Part shown: one piece after another, positions 25,735 to 37,636 of the stretch | How the letters are laid out: the number at the start of each line of letters is the position of its first letter | Numbering within the stretch: position 1 is the stretch's first letter | Assembly (NCBI GenBank): GCA_964551945.1 | Contig: CAZKFH010000002.1 | Location: 31,785-95,784, forward strand | Length of the DNA: 64,000 bases | Reading direction: 5' to 3' | From: an uncultured Actinomycetes bacterium | GTDB lineage: Bacteria > Actinomycetota > UBA4738 > CALAEC01 | Program-made: the position numbers and the translations under genes | Notes under the pieces: model-generated | Seen by the model: the letters and a program-made list of their open reading frames with translations, nothing else | Database searches by the model: none | What the model was told of the DNA's origin: nothing

Positions 25735-26805
25735 CTGTGGCTGGAGGTTCGCGACTTCCGCAACCACGTCGAGACTCGGCTGGAGCTCGAGGATGGAGTC
25801 GTGGCCCTGGTGGGTCCGAACGCGCAAGGGAAGACGAACCTCCTCGAAGCGGCCCACTACCTGCTCACATTGCACTCTCCTCGAGTTGCCGCAGACCTGC
25901 CCCTCGTGCGCCAAGGGGCCGGCAGCGCGTTCCTCCGGGGCGAGGTGGAGACCACGACGGGCAAGGTCCTCGTGGAGGTCGAGGTCCGCGCGTCCGGTGC
26001 GAACAGGATCCAGGTCAACCGTAGTGGTGTGCGTCGTAAGCGGGATCTCCGTCAGCGCGTCCGCTCGGTGATGTTCATCCCCGAGGACCTCGATGTCATC
26101 CAGGGCCAGCCCGACGACCGACGACGATTCATGGATGAGGCTACGCAGGCGATGTGGCCGCGGACGGAGGAGCCTCGTGTCGCGTACGACAAGGCGTTGC
26201 GCCAGCGGAACCGTTTGTTGAAGGAGAACGAGAGTGCGACCGCGCCCCCAGATCTCGACGCGTGGGACGCGGAGCTCGCGGTTCATGGCGCCGCGGTGAC
26301 TGCGGCTCGCCGGCGCGCGCTGGCAGCGGTCGGTCCCAGGGCCGGCGACGAGTTCGAGCGTGTCTCCGGGGAGCGTTTGCGCGTCGACTACCGTCCCTCC
26401 GTCCAGGGGGAGGATGACGTCGAGGCCTCGATGCTTCGGCAGCTCAAAGATCGTCGAGACGACGAGCTGGTGCGACGGACTACCCTCGTCGGACCCCACC
26501 GTGACGAGCTCGAGATCGCTGTCGGGGAGATGATCGCGCGCCGCTTCGCCTCCCACGGAGAGTCGTGGGCTGGTGCGCTCTGCCTGCGGCTCGGTGTGTG
26601 GAGCGGTGTGTCTGTCGAGCTCGACGAGCCGCCCGTGCTGATCCTTGACGATCCGTTCTCGGGACTCGACCCTGAGCGCCGCAAGCGGCTCGCCGATGGT
26701 TTCTCCGAGCGTCGTCAGGTGTTGATCTCGGTGCCGGACGAGGCGCAGGTGCCGGCCGCCGCGACAGTGTGGGAGGTTCGAGAGGGCCATGCCACGCGGC
26801 GCTGA
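25735..26805 (+). CDS. recF: DNA replication/repair protein RecF (the N-terminal start codon is non-canonical or unresolved)
   Basis: Walker A is GPNAQGKTN. The ABC-ATPase signature and Walker B are LILDDPFSGLD. Upstream in frame is LWLEVRDFRNH, the typical RecF N-terminus, but no ATG or GTG precedes it. The first ATG is at 25801. Confidence 0.85.
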   Translation: MWLEVRDFRNHVETRLELEDGVVALVGPNAQGKTNLLEAAHYLLTLHSPRVAADLPLVRQGAGSAFLRGEVETTTGKVLVEVEVRASGANRIQVNRSGVRRKRDLRQRVRSVMFIPEDLDVIQGQPDDRRRFMDEATQAMWPRTEEPRVAYDKALRQRNRLLKENESATAPPDLDAWDAELAVHGAAVTAARRRALAAVGPRAGDEFERVSGERLRVDYRPSVQGEDDVEASMLRQLKDRRDDELVRRTTLVGPHRDELEIAVGEMIARRFASHGESWAGALCLRLGVWSGVSVELDEPPVLILDDPFSGLDPERRKRLADGFSERRQVLISVPDEAQVPAAATVWEVREGHATRR

Positions 26806-27127
26806 CGAGCCTTCCGGGATCGGCGCCGTGATCAAGCAGATACTCGGCACGCCTCGCCTCCGACAGGGCCTGGCGCTCGGCCGCCTGTCGCATGCATGGA
26901 GTGACGTGGTGGGTGAGAAGCTGGCCGCGCAGACGGAGCCGGTGTCCCTCGACGGCGCCGGATTGGTGGTCGGAGCGTCGAGCCCGGCATGGGGCGCGCA
27001 GGTCCGTTTCCTGGCCGAAGACATCCGCCAGAGGGCCTCCGAAGCCCTCGATGGCCTGCCCGTCGGCCCGGTCAGGGTTGTCGTCCGCAACGACGCGCAA
27101 AACCGCAGGTCAAAGGGTGTTTTTTGA
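26789..27127 (+). CDS. DUF721 family protein (DciA-like, the Rv0004 position)
   Basis: Length is 112 aa. It sits between recF and gyrB exactly as Rv0004 does. The pattern LGRLSHAWSDVVGEKLAAQTEPVSLDGAGLVVGASSPAWGAQVRFL matches DUF721. Confidence 0.6.
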   Translation: MPRGADEPSGIGAVIKQILGTPRLRQGLALGRLSHAWSDVVGEKLAAQTEPVSLDGAGLVVGASSPAWGAQVRFLAEDIRQRASEALDGLPVGPVRVVVRNDAQNRRSKGVF

Positions 27128-27220
27128 CCATGTCGAAGTCACGAAATCGAGTGTCTAACTGATAGAATTCCAGGCAGGACCGACTCCTTCGTGGCCCCCT
27201 CGGCGGCGGTGTGTCGGTAG

Positions 27221-29215
<1,995 letters not shown>

Positions 29216-29249
29216 GTCGTCGTAGGAGATTCGGGGGGAGGGCCCGCTC

Positions 29250-31715
29250 GTGGCGATAGAGCCGCTTCGCATCGAGCCGATCGATATCGAGGAGGAGATC
29301 CGCTCCTCGTTCCTCGACTACGCGATGTCGGTCATCGTGTCTCGCGCGCTGCCCGACGTGCGCGACGGCCTCAAGCCCGTCCACCGCCGGATCCTGTGGT
29401 CGATGCTCGAGCAGGGCATCCGGCCGGACCGTCCCACGAAGAAGTCCGCCCGCGTCGTCGGCGACGTGATGGGGAAGTACCACCCCCACGGCGACCAGGC
29501 GATCTACGACTCGATGGTGCGGATGGCCCAGCCATGGTCGCTGCGCTACCCGCTGATCGACGGCCAGGGGAACTTCGGCTCGATCGAGGGACACCCCGCC
29601 GGCGCCCAGCGATACACGGAGGCCCGCCTCGGCGCGATGGCGATGGAGCTGCTGCGCGACATCGGCGCGGAGACCGTCGACTTCATCCCGAACTACGACG
29701 GTGAGGAGCGGGAGCCGGTCGTGCTCCCCGCGCGGTTCCCGAACCTGCTCGTCAACGGCTCGGCCGGCATTGCGGTCGGGATGGCGACGAACATGCCGCC
29801 GCACAACCTCGGCGAGATCATCGATGCGGTCGTCGCGACCATCGATGAGCCGGACATCCCGCTCTCCAAGCTCCAAAGGATCGTGAAGGGTCCCGACTTC
29901 CCAACCGGCGGCGTCGTGATGGGCAAGGAGGGCATCAAGGACTACCTGGCCACCGGCCGTGGCTCGATCAAGATGCGAGGAACGGTGACGATCGAGGAGG
30001 ACTCGAAGGGCCGCCAGAAGCTCGTCATCACCCAGGTCCCGTACCAGGTCAATCCCTCCAACGTCGCCGTGAAGATCGCGCAGCTCGTCGAGGACCGCCG
30101 CCTCCCGGAGGTGACCGGCGGCAAGAAGAGCGTTCGCAACGAGTCCAGCAACAGGACCGGGATGCGGATCGTCGTGGAGCTCGCCCGGAACGCGAACCCA
30201 CACATCGCCCTGAACAAGATCTACAAGATGACCCAGCTCCAAGAGAGCTTCGGCGTCATCAACCTCGCACTGGTCGACAGCCAGCCGCGCACCCTCGGGC
30301 TGATCGACCTCATCAGGCACTACATCGATCATCAGATCGAGGTCGTCACTCGCCGTACGCAATTCGAGCTGCGCAAGGCGGAGGAGCGCGACCACATCGT
30401 CGAGGGCCTTCTGATCGCGCTCGCGAACCTCGACGCGGTCATCAAAATCATCCGCGCCTCGGCGGACGTGGACGAGGCACGCACCAAGCTGATGTCGAAG
30501 TTCAAGCTCTCCGAGATCCAGGCCAATCACATCCTGGACATGCCGCTCCGCCGGCTCACGAAGCTGGAGCGCGAGAAGCTCGAGGAGGAGCACCGCGAGC
30601 TGCAGGCGACGATCAAGCGGCTCAAGGCCCTGCTGAAGGACCCCAAGAAACTCCGCGCGCTCATCAAGACCGAGCTGCTCGAAGTCAAGGACAAGTACGC
30701 CGACGAGCGCAAGACCGAGATCAAGGCCGACGAGGGCGAGATCGACCTGGAGGACCTCGTCACCGTGCAGGACGTGGTGATCACGGTCTCGCGGGCGGGA
30801 TACGTGAAGCGTCTCCCGGTGGAGACGTACAAGCGACAGGGCCGCGGCGGCAAGGGTGTTCGCGGCGCGAACCTGAAGGAAGAGGACGTCATCGCGCAGG
30901 CGTTCACCACCACCACGCGCCACTGGCTCCTGTTCTTCACGAACAGCGGAAAGGTCTATCGGGTTAAGGCCCACGAGGTCCCCGAGCAGACACGAACGGC
31001 TCGCGGGACCTATGCGGCAAACCTGCCGGGGGTGTCACTCACGAGCGACGAGAGGATCGCCGCCGTGATCCCGCTGAAGGGCTACGACGACGCGAAGTAC
31101 GTCGTGTTCGCCACGAAGAACGGGATGATCAAGAAGACCGCGCTCGTCGAGTACGACTCACCGCGCACGGGACTCGCCGCCATCAACCTCAAGAAGAAGG
31201 ACGAGCTCATCGCCGTCGACCTCACGGACGGCAAGGACGACATCTTCATGGTGTCGCGCGCCGGGCAGGCGGTTCGCTTCACCGAGAACCAGGCCCGCCC
31301 CATGGGCCGGCAGACCGCGGGCGTGATCGGCATGCGCTTGCGCCCGAAGGACGTGGTCATCGCGATGAACCTCTCGAGCCAGGGCGAGGAGCTGATCACG
31401 ATCACCCAGGCGGGCTACGGGAAGCGCACCGACCTCAAGGAATACCCGCGCAAGGGACGGGGGATCCTCGGCGTCGTGACGCATCGGGTCACGGACAAGA
31501 CCGGCCTCGTCGCCGGCGCCTTCGTCGGAACGAAGGACCAGGACGTCTTCGTAATCTCCTCGACCGGCCTCGTCGTCCGCGTCAGCGCGGGGGACATCAG
31601 GAGGACGCAGCGCCCGAGTCAGGGCGTGCGCGTGATGCGGTTCGATCGCAACGTCAAGGTCGCCGCGGTGGCGCCGGTCATCATGCAGGTCGAAGCGGAA
31701 GCCGAGGGCAGCTAA
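29250..31715 (+). CDS. gyrA: DNA gyrase subunit A
   Basis: Has the active-site Tyr region (AMELLRD...[13 protein letters not shown]) and the quinolone-resistance-determining region. Six C-terminal beta-pinwheel repeats are present. Confidence 0.95.
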   Translation: MAIEPLRIEPIDIEEEIRSSFLDYAMSVIVSRALPDVRDGLKPVHRRILWSMLEQGIRPDRPTKKSARVVGDVMGKYHPHGDQAIYDSMVRMAQPWSLRYPLIDGQGNFGSIEGHPAGAQRYTEARLGAMAMELLRDIGAETVDFIPNYDGEEREPVVLPARFPNLLVNGSAGIAVGMATNMPPHNLGEIIDAVVATIDEPDIPLSKLQRIVKGPDFPTGGVVMGKEGIKDYLATGRGSIKMRGTVTIEEDSKGRQKLVITQVPYQVNPSNVAVKIAQLVEDRRLPEVTGGKKSVRNESSNRTGMRIVVELARNANPHIALNKIYKMTQLQESFGVINLALVDSQPRTLGLIDLIRHYIDHQIEVVTRRTQFELRKAEERDHIVEGLLIALANLDAVIKIIRASADVDEARTKLMSKFKLSEIQANHILDMPLRRLTKLEREKLEEEHRELQATIKRLKALLKDPKKLRALIKTELLEVKDKYADERKTEIKADEGEIDLEDLVTVQDVVITVSRAGYVKRLPVETYKRQGRGGKGVRGANLKEEDVIAQAFTTTTRHWLLFFTNSGKVYRVKAHEVPEQTRTARGTYAANLPGVSLTSDERIAAVIPLKGYDDAKYVVFATKNGMIKKTALVEYDSPRTGLAAINLKKKDELIAVDLTDGKDDIFMVSRAGQAVRFTENQARPMGRQTAGVIGMRLRPKDVVIAMNLSSQGEELITITQAGYGKRTDLKEYPRKGRGILGVVTHRVTDKTGLVAGAFVGTKDQDVFVISSTGLVVRVSAGDIRRTQRPSQGVRVMRFDRNVKVAAVAPVIMQVEAEAEGS

Positions 31716-31781
31716 CGAGCATCCCTGGCGGCGCGCACTCGCACGCCGCTTCGCGCGGTCCACGCATGGCATGATTCTGCG

Positions 31782-32036
31782 GTGGAACCCGGGACCTGGA
31801 TCGTCGCCGTGGCCGCAACCGTCGCGCTTGCAGCCGCATTCGCTCTGCGCACTCGCGCGCCCGCTCTCGCGGTGGTAGCGGTCCTGTCGCTTGCCGGCGC
31901 CGCGATCGGATGTGGGGGGATGCTTCTGCAGCCAGACCCCTCAATCGGCGAGCGGATCGTCGCGGTCGCGGGCCTCGCCTTCCTGGTGCCAGCGCACGTT
32001 CGCATCGTTCTCGGGCCGTTCGGGCCGCAGAGGTGA
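31782..32036 (+). CDS. Small two-TM membrane protein (84 aa)
   Basis: The track ORF has hydrophobic helices. Its stop overlaps the archease GTG start (GTGA). Confidence 0.35.
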   Translation: MEPGTWIVAVAATVALAAAFALRTRAPALAVVAVLSLAGAAIGCGGMLLQPDPSIGERIVAVAGLAFLVPAHVRIVLGPFGPQR

Positions 32037-32446
32037 CGGCACGCTTCGAGATCCTCGAGCAGACGGCCGACCTCGGCCTGCAGCTCTCCGGGGACACGAT
32101 CGAGGAGGTCTTTCAGGCCGCAGGCGAGGGGTTCGCGACACTCCAAGGTGCGTGGTTCCCGGGTGTTGGGGAGGAGCGGGAGATCGAGGTTCGGGCCGTC
32201 GATAACCCCGGGTTGCTCGCCGCGTGGATCAACGAGCTCCTGTACCTGCAGGAAGCCGAGGATGCCGTGTTTGGCGGCTTCAATGTGAAGTCGGTCAAGG
32301 ATGGCGCTCTGCAGGCGGTGGTTCGTATCGCACCTCGGGCCGAGCGCGAGCTGGAAGCGGTAGGTGTAAAGGCCGCGACGTACCACCAGCTCCGCTTGGA
32401 GCGAGGAAGTGGCGGGTGGACCGCCGACGTGTATCTGGACGTGTAA
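32033..32446 (+). CDS. Archease (tRNA-ligase activator family)
   Basis: The N-terminus FEILEQTADLGLQL matches the conserved ..HTADVG.. motif. The C-terminus VKAATYHQLRLERGSGGWTADVYLDV matches the archease C-terminal pattern. The GTG start at 32033 overlaps the upstream stop. Confidence 0.6.
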   Translation: MTARFEILEQTADLGLQLSGDTIEEVFQAAGEGFATLQGAWFPGVGEEREIEVRAVDNPGLLAAWINELLYLQEAEDAVFGGFNVKSVKDGALQAVVRIAPRAERELEAVGVKAATYHQLRLERGSGGWTADVYLDV

Positions 32447-32502
32447 GACTCGCGTCGCCCGTGCCCGAGCAGAAGGGATTGGACGTGGCCACTCTCGAGA
32501 CC

Positions 32503-32925
32503 ATGGATCAAGGGACCGCCGGACGGGCGGGCCCGGGGCCGCGGCGCATCCGCGTCCAGGTCCGCAGGATCAATCCGTGGTCGGTCCTCAAATTCTCTCT
32601 GATCTTCTACGTCTGCCTTCTCCTCGTGGTCCTAGTGGGGATGACGATCCTGTACACGATCCTGTCCTCGCTCGGCGTCATCGACACCTTCGAGGAGCTG
32701 CTCACCTCCGTGTGGGCGCCCGGAGGCGGGGACATCGCCACCGGGCCGAACGACCCCGTGACTCCGTTCCAGATCAACGCCGGCTACCTCTTCCGGACGT
32801 TGTTCCTGATCGGCGCGATCTCCACCGCGCTGTGGGCGGCCTTCACGTTCTTCATGTCGCTTCTCTACAACCTCATCGCCGACCTGATCGGCGGTATCGA
32901 GGTCACGCTGGTCGAACGCCGCTGA
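32503..32925 (+). CDS. DUF3566-like transmembrane protein (the Rv0007 position downstream of gyrA)
   Basis: Three transmembrane helices are present. The core is INPWSVLKFSLIFYVCLLLVVLVGMTILYTIL. It lies immediately before tRNA-Ile as in mycobacteria. Confidence 0.55.
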   Translation: MDQGTAGRAGPGPRRIRVQVRRINPWSVLKFSLIFYVCLLLVVLVGMTILYTILSSLGVIDTFEELLTSVWAPGGGDIATGPNDPVTPFQINAGYLFRTLFLIGAISTALWAAFTFFMSLLYNLIADLIGGIEVTLVERR

Positions 32926-32992
32926 TATGTTCGTTTGACGGGTCCAGGGGGTATGGCTACCCTGGGCCTGGACCTGATCCCAGACCTTTCTG

Positions 32993-33067
<75 letters not shown>

Positions 33068-33089
33068 CCGAGGGCGAAAGGAGCCAGTT

Positions 33090-33236
33090 ATGGCCGAGAA
33101 GAGCAAGAAGAAGTGGTTCATCCTCGGCGCCATCGTGGCGGCCTTCGCCGCGTTCTTCGCGATCTTCCGGAAGCGTCGCAACCGGGATATCGAGGAGAGC
33201 GAGTGGCAGGAGCTGCCGCCGCCAGACTCCAACTGA
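33090..33236 (+). CDS. Small single-TM protein (48 aa), MAEKSKKKWFILGAIVAAFAAFFAIFRKRRNRDIEESEWQELPPPDSN
   Basis: A strong GAAAGGAG ribosome-binding site lies 7 nt upstream of the ATG. It is below the ORF-track size cutoff. Confidence 0.35.
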   Translation: MAEKSKKKWFILGAIVAAFAAFFAIFRKRRNRDIEESEWQELPPPDSN

Positions 33237-33328
33237 TCCTGGCGGTCGAGGACGTATGTGAGGGCCGGCCTTCGGGCCGGCCCTTCCTCATTCCCGGAAC
33301 CAGCGGCTCACCCGCGGTGTAAGAGAGG

Positions 33329-33907
33329 GTGGACCGGTCCGTGGAGGGCCCTTCGCAGGAGGAACGGGAGCTCGTCACTCGCGCTCGAACGGGAGACGTT
33401 CGGGCGTACGAGGAGCTGGTGCGCGCCCATCAGGGCGTCGCGCTCCGGACCGCATTCCTGATCACGAGGAACGAGGCCGAGGCCGAGGATGCCGCGCAGG
33501 TGGGGTTCGTGAAGGCGTACACATCGCTGGGCCGCTTCGATCCGTCGCGACCGTTCAAGCCGTGGCTGCTGCGGATCGTCGGGAACGAGGCTCGGAACCG
33601 GCTTCGGGCGGCCGGGCGGCGCGCGCGTCTGGAGCTCGCCTCGTTGCCTCCCGGGGACCGCGTGGCGCCCTCGCCGGAATCGGGTGTGGTGGCGTGGGAG
33701 CAGCGACGCGAGCTGCTCGACGCACTGGAGGAGCTGCGGGAGGGGGATCGAGAAGTGATCGGGCTGCGGTACTTCCTCGATCTCGGCGAGTCAGAGATGG
33801 CCGCCGCCCTTGATGTCGCGCCGGGCACCGTGAAGTCGCGGCTCGCACGGGCGATGGCTCGCTTGCGGGCTGTCCTGGAGGAGCGGGGGGTGACGTTGGA
33901 TGTCTGA
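33329..33907 (+). CDS. ECF RNA polymerase sigma factor
   Basis: Region 2 is DAAQVGFVKAYTSLGRFDPSRPFKPWLLRIVGNEARN. Region 4 is VIGLRYFLDLGESEMAAALDVAPGTVKSRLARA. Confidence 0.8.
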   Translation: MDRSVEGPSQEERELVTRARTGDVRAYEELVRAHQGVALRTAFLITRNEAEAEDAAQVGFVKAYTSLGRFDPSRPFKPWLLRIVGNEARNRLRAAGRRARLELASLPPGDRVAPSPESGVVAWEQRRELLDALEELREGDREVIGLRYFLDLGESEMAAALDVAPGTVKSRLARAMARLRAVLEERGVTLDV

Positions 33908-34637
33908 GGCCGTGCTCGACCGCGCGCTCCGCGACCTGGGTGCGAACCTGGCCTGGCCGCCGGAAGTGGACCTCGCCGCATCGGTCACCGAGGAGATCGA
34001 GCAGGTGGTTCCTCTCCGTCCGCGTCGGCGCGCTCGGCGCGTTGCGCTTCTCGTCGCGGCCGCCCTGCTCGTGCTGACCGCGTTGCTCGCGGTCTCGCCC
34101 GGCCTTCGCGCCTCGTTCCTCCGTCTGATCGGGATCCGCGGAGCGGAGGTCGAGTTGCACGAAAGTGTGTCGCCGCCGAGTGGTCCGTCCTTCGCGGGCC
34201 AGGCGTTGCTCGGCGAGCAGGTCACACCCGAAGAGGCCGAGACCGAACTGGGTTTCAGGCTCCGGCTGCCGAGCGATGCCGGTCTCGGTGTGGGCGAGGG
34301 CGTGTTCCTGCTCCGCGATGGCGCGGCGACGATCGCGACCATCGCCTATCGCGACGGTGAGCTCATCCTCAGTCAGTTCGCTGGTCGCCTCGAGCAGGAG
34401 ACGATCGGGAAGGTCGTTGAACAGGCCGAGCGCGTCAGCGTCGGAGGCGCGGAAGGGATCTGGGTGGAGGGTCCTCACGCCGTGTTCGTGAAGGATCCCG
34501 CGGGCGCGATCGTGGAGTCGAAGGCGCTCCTCGGCGGGAACACCTTACTGTGGTCACTCGATGAGGTGACGTTCAGGCTCGAGGGCGCCGCGAATCTCGA
34601 CGAGGCCTTACGGATCGCCCGAACGGTCGCGTTGTAA
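33900..34637 (+). CDS. Putative anti-sigma factor / DUF4367-like membrane protein with an extracytoplasmic domain
   Basis: It overlaps the ECF sigma stop, which implies translational coupling. A transmembrane helix RVALLVAAALLVLTALLAV is followed by a beta-rich domain. Confidence 0.45.
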   Translation: MSEAVLDRALRDLGANLAWPPEVDLAASVTEEIEQVVPLRPRRRARRVALLVAAALLVLTALLAVSPGLRASFLRLIGIRGAEVELHESVSPPSGPSFAGQALLGEQVTPEEAETELGFRLRLPSDAGLGVGEGVFLLRDGAATIATIAYRDGELILSQFAGRLEQETIGKVVEQAERVSVGGAEGIWVEGPHAVFVKDPAGAIVESKALLGGNTLLWSLDEVTFRLEGAANLDEALRIARTVAL

Positions 34638-34645
34638 CCTTTTCC

Positions 34646-34721
34646 GGGGACGTAGCTCAGCTGGTAGAGCACCGCCTTTGCAAGGCGGGGGTCGCCGGTT
34701 CGAATCCGGTCGTCTCCACCA
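34646..34721 (+). tRNA. tRNA-Ala (anticodon TGC) with the G3:U70 identity pair and encoded CCA
   Basis: The sequence is GGGGACGTAGCTCAGCTGGTAGAGCACCGCCTTTGCAAGGCGGGGGTCGCCGGTTCGAATCCGGTCGTCTCCACCA. Confidence 0.9.
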
Positions 34722-34722
34722 G

Positions 34723-35184
34723 TTAGGTGCCCGCCTGCGCTGCCTGGAATGCGGCGACGAAGTCCGCGGTCTTCTCGAGCTTGGCGCATTCGACCTCGAC
34801 GCTGGACCCATCGATGAAAGCAAAGCGCAGGGCGTTCGCCGTGATCTTCTTCTTCTCGAGTGCCACCGAAGCGACCTGGTCGAGAGGAAACTCAGCGACG
34901 AGGTCCTTCGGCTTTCCCATCGCCGTGTAGTTGAAGAGAAGTAGGCGTTGGTTCGTCAGCCCCACCGCGCAGTTACCGGTAGGCCAGGTTCCCGCGTTCG
35001 AGCCTTCGGTCGCGCCGGCGAGTGCTTTCTTGGCCTGGCGGCCACCAGCAACCGCACCGATGACTCCCCCGGCGGCGCCGAGGTTCGTTCCCCGGGGCTG
35101 CGTTCTCACAGCGGAGATCAGTTGCTCGTCGGAGCCCAATAGCTCTCCGGCCCTCTTCTGAAGCTTGTCTACGTACCCTCCCAT
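34723..35184 (-). CDS. Hypothetical soluble protein with a bacterial PH-like domain (paralog of the 38105..38476 gene)
   Basis: The start at 35184 is preceded by the AAAGGAG ribosome-binding site. The motif GNCAVGLTNQRLLLF matches GNGCLAATNDELLF in the paralog. The stop abuts the tRNA-Ala 3' end. Confidence 0.4.
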   Translation of the reverse strand: MGGYVDKLQKRAGELLGSDEQLISAVRTQPRGTNLGAAGGVIGAVAGGRQAKKALAGATEGSNAGTWPTGNCAVGLTNQRLLLFNYTAMGKPKDLVAEFPLDQVASVALEKKKITANALRFAFIDGSSVEVECAKLEKTADFVAAFQAAQAGT

Positions 35185-35220
35185 GGTTGCTCCTTTCTGG
35201 AGACGGCCGAGCATTCGTAT

Positions 35221-36054
35221 GTGAAGCGCTGCGGGATGTCAATTGAGACCGGCCGCGCTGTAGGGTTGCCTCGAGTGACGACTCGTCTGGCGCTGTTATC
35301 TCTGACCGCGATCGCCTATCTCGTCGGGCCAGGTGCCGCGAGCCAAGTGGACGCCGCGTTGCGATTGCCATGTACTTCGCCGATGCACGAGCTCCCCTTC
35401 GGGAACTACTGGTTAGGCACGTCATTCGAAGGCCTGGAGCTCTCCGGTGTGTGGAGGGAATGTGGGACCGACGGCGACCCGAACGCCATCCGCTACTTCT
35501 ACGGAGACTGCACGCCGCGGGGAGGCGGTTGCGGGCTGCCGCTCGAGGTTCATGTGGGGGCTCCCGGATCCATCTATTCAGACGGTTTCGCCGTGCATTA
35601 TCCGGACGCGACCGTGGTGATCGTTGGGGGTGAACCTGCAAAAGGGCGCATCGCCGGGCTCCTCGTCGAGGCTCCTCGTCGGCCGATCCTCTTGGCGAGA
35701 GAGGGAGTGTTCTTCGATGAGGAATGTCTGCGCGAGATCCATGGATGTCACGCCGACGGCTCGCTGCAGAAGCACGGGTTCGGGACCGTTCTCTGGGTCC
35801 TGTGGATCCCCTTCTTCTGGGTCGCCCCGTTCATCGCCGCACTGGTTCTCGGGCGGCTCTGGTTGTTGCTCGTGCCGGTGGTCCAATGGTGGCTGTTGTA
35901 CATGGCCGGCTCCGCGGGCTTGTTCGCCACCGGCGAGAGCTGGGAGTACTGGATCATCCCGATGATGCTGCTCGGCGTTGCAACGGTCGCCCTCGGTCTG
36001 GGGCTTCGCTGGCTCCGTCTCAAGGTGCGAGGGAGGCGCGTCGTCGGCCCCTGA
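35221..36054 (+). CDS. Hypothetical membrane protein: a signal peptide, a Cys-containing extracytoplasmic domain, then a four-TM C-terminal region
   Basis: The track ORF has an N-terminal signal-like segment and the C-terminal helices WVLWIPFFWVAPFIAALVLGRLWLLLVPVVQWWLLYMAG. Confidence 0.4.
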   Translation: MKRCGMSIETGRAVGLPRVTTRLALLSLTAIAYLVGPGAASQVDAALRLPCTSPMHELPFGNYWLGTSFEGLELSGVWRECGTDGDPNAIRYFYGDCTPRGGGCGLPLEVHVGAPGSIYSDGFAVHYPDATVVIVGGEPAKGRIAGLLVEAPRRPILLAREGVFFDEECLREIHGCHADGSLQKHGFGTVLWVLWIPFFWVAPFIAALVLGRLWLLLVPVVQWWLLYMAGSAGLFATGESWEYWIIPMMLLGVATVALGLGLRWLRLKVRGRRVVGP

Positions 36055-36070
36055 GGTTCAATGACGCACG

Positions 36071-37630
36071 ATGCGTCGATTCATTCCCGTCCTCCTGGTG
36101 ACGATGCTGACGTCCGGGGGGCTTCCGCATGCGGCCGCGGGGCCGTCGTGGGCGAAGGTCGCATGCGGTCTGCCGCGTGAGCAGATACAGCGGATCTACG
36201 ACGGCTATCACCCGGAGCGATCGGGTGAGATCCAGTTCCTTCCCACGTTCCCGAACTTCGTCGGGAGCTACTACTCGCACTCGGGCACCTGGCCGTACCT
36301 CCAGGATGTTCCGTTGCTCGTCCACGGTCCAGGGCACGTCCCGGCCGTGGGCAGCGTCAAACGTCCGGTGACCGTCGCCGACATCGCACCGACGTTCGCC
36401 GACGTCCTCGACTTCGAGTTCGATGCGCCCGATGGCTCACCGCTCACCGAGGCGATCGACCTCGCGGCGACGCCGCCGAAGCTGATCTTCACGGTCGTGT
36501 GGGACGGCGGTGGGCGCAACGTTTTGCGGAAGTACCCGAAGGCCTGGCCGAACCTCAAGCGACTGATGCGTCAGGGCGCGTGGTTCGAGAATGCGACGGT
36601 GGGCTCCTCGCCATCGGTGACGCCCGCGATCCATGCCTCGATCGGCACCGGGGCCTTCCCTCGACACCACGGGATCGTCGACCTTCGCTTCCGCTCCGGA
36701 GCGGGCCCGCCGACAAGCACGCAGCGAGCTGAGGCACTCATCGGGCCGGCACTCGCGGACGCGTACGACGTGGCGAGAGGGAACGAGCCGGTGATCGGGA
36801 TGGTCGGCGCGGAGGGAACGCTCGGTGTCATCGGGCACGGGACTTCCTGGGAAGGGGGGGACGCTGACATCGCGGCGGGTCAGCGAGCGGGTAGGTGGGG
36901 GCTCAGCGGGTCCAATGCCCAGTACTACCGGTTCCCCGCATACGTGCCGGACCTTCCCGGCTACAAGCAGATCCGTCCGGCTGCGGACCGCCAGGACGGT
37001 CGCGTCGACGGGCGGTGGTTCTCGCTGCCGCTCGACTCGCCGGACTCCCTGACCTACACGCCCGCGTACAGCCGATACCAGACGACGGTGATCGACGAGC
37101 TCATCACGCGCGAGAGCTTCGGCGCGGATGAGGTCACGGACCTCCTGTATGTGAACTACAAGGTCATCGACAAGGTCGGCCACCGGTACAGCTTCCCTAG
37201 TCGGCAGATGTCGGCCGTCGTCAAGGGAGTGGACCAAGCGCTGGGTAGCCTCGTCGAGATACTGGATCGCAATGTGGGTCAAGGTGAGTGGGTCCTCGCC
37301 CTGACCGCGGACCACGGCTTCACCCCCAAGGCGGAGACCACCGGCGCTACGGTCATCAACAATTTCGAGCTCACGCGCGATCTCCAGGCGACGTTCGACG
37401 GAGCGATGCAATCCCCGCGTGTCACGCAGACGTGGGTGAATGAGCAGGAGCTCGAGCGGAACGGCCACTCGCTCGGTGACGTGGCCCGTTACCTGAGCAA
37501 CTACACCCGGGCGGAGAACACACCGAACCCATCCTCGCTCCCGCCCGGGAAGGGAGGCGAGCACCTGTTCGCAGCGGCGTTCCCCGGCTCGGTTCTCGAG
37601 GGCCTGGCCTGCGTGCGGACCGACGGCTAG
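36071..37630 (+). CDS. Secreted alkaline-phosphatase-superfamily enzyme (type I phosphodiesterase / nucleotide pyrophosphatase-like)
   Basis: The signal peptide is MRRFIPVLLVTMLTSGGLPHAAAG. The motif LIFTVVWDGGGRNVL resembles the Phosphodiest family metal site. Gly/His-rich motifs follow. Confidence 0.6.
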   Translation: MRRFIPVLLVTMLTSGGLPHAAAGPSWAKVACGLPREQIQRIYDGYHPERSGEIQFLPTFPNFVGSYYSHSGTWPYLQDVPLLVHGPGHVPAVGSVKRPVTVADIAPTFADVLDFEFDAPDGSPLTEAIDLAATPPKLIFTVVWDGGGRNVLRKYPKAWPNLKRLMRQGAWFENATVGSSPSVTPAIHASIGTGAFPRHHGIVDLRFRSGAGPPTSTQRAEALIGPALADAYDVARGNEPVIGMVGAEGTLGVIGHGTSWEGGDADIAAGQRAGRWGLSGSNAQYYRFPAYVPDLPGYKQIRPAADRQDGRVDGRWFSLPLDSPDSLTYTPAYSRYQTTVIDELITRESFGADEVTDLLYVNYKVIDKVGHRYSFPSRQMSAVVKGVDQALGSLVEILDRNVGQGEWVLALTADHGFTPKAETTGATVINNFELTRDLQATFDGAMQSPRVTQTWVNEQELERNGHSLGDVARYLSNYTRAENTPNPSSLPPGKGGEHLFAAAFPGSVLEGLACVRTDG

Positions 37631-37636
37631 TCCCGT

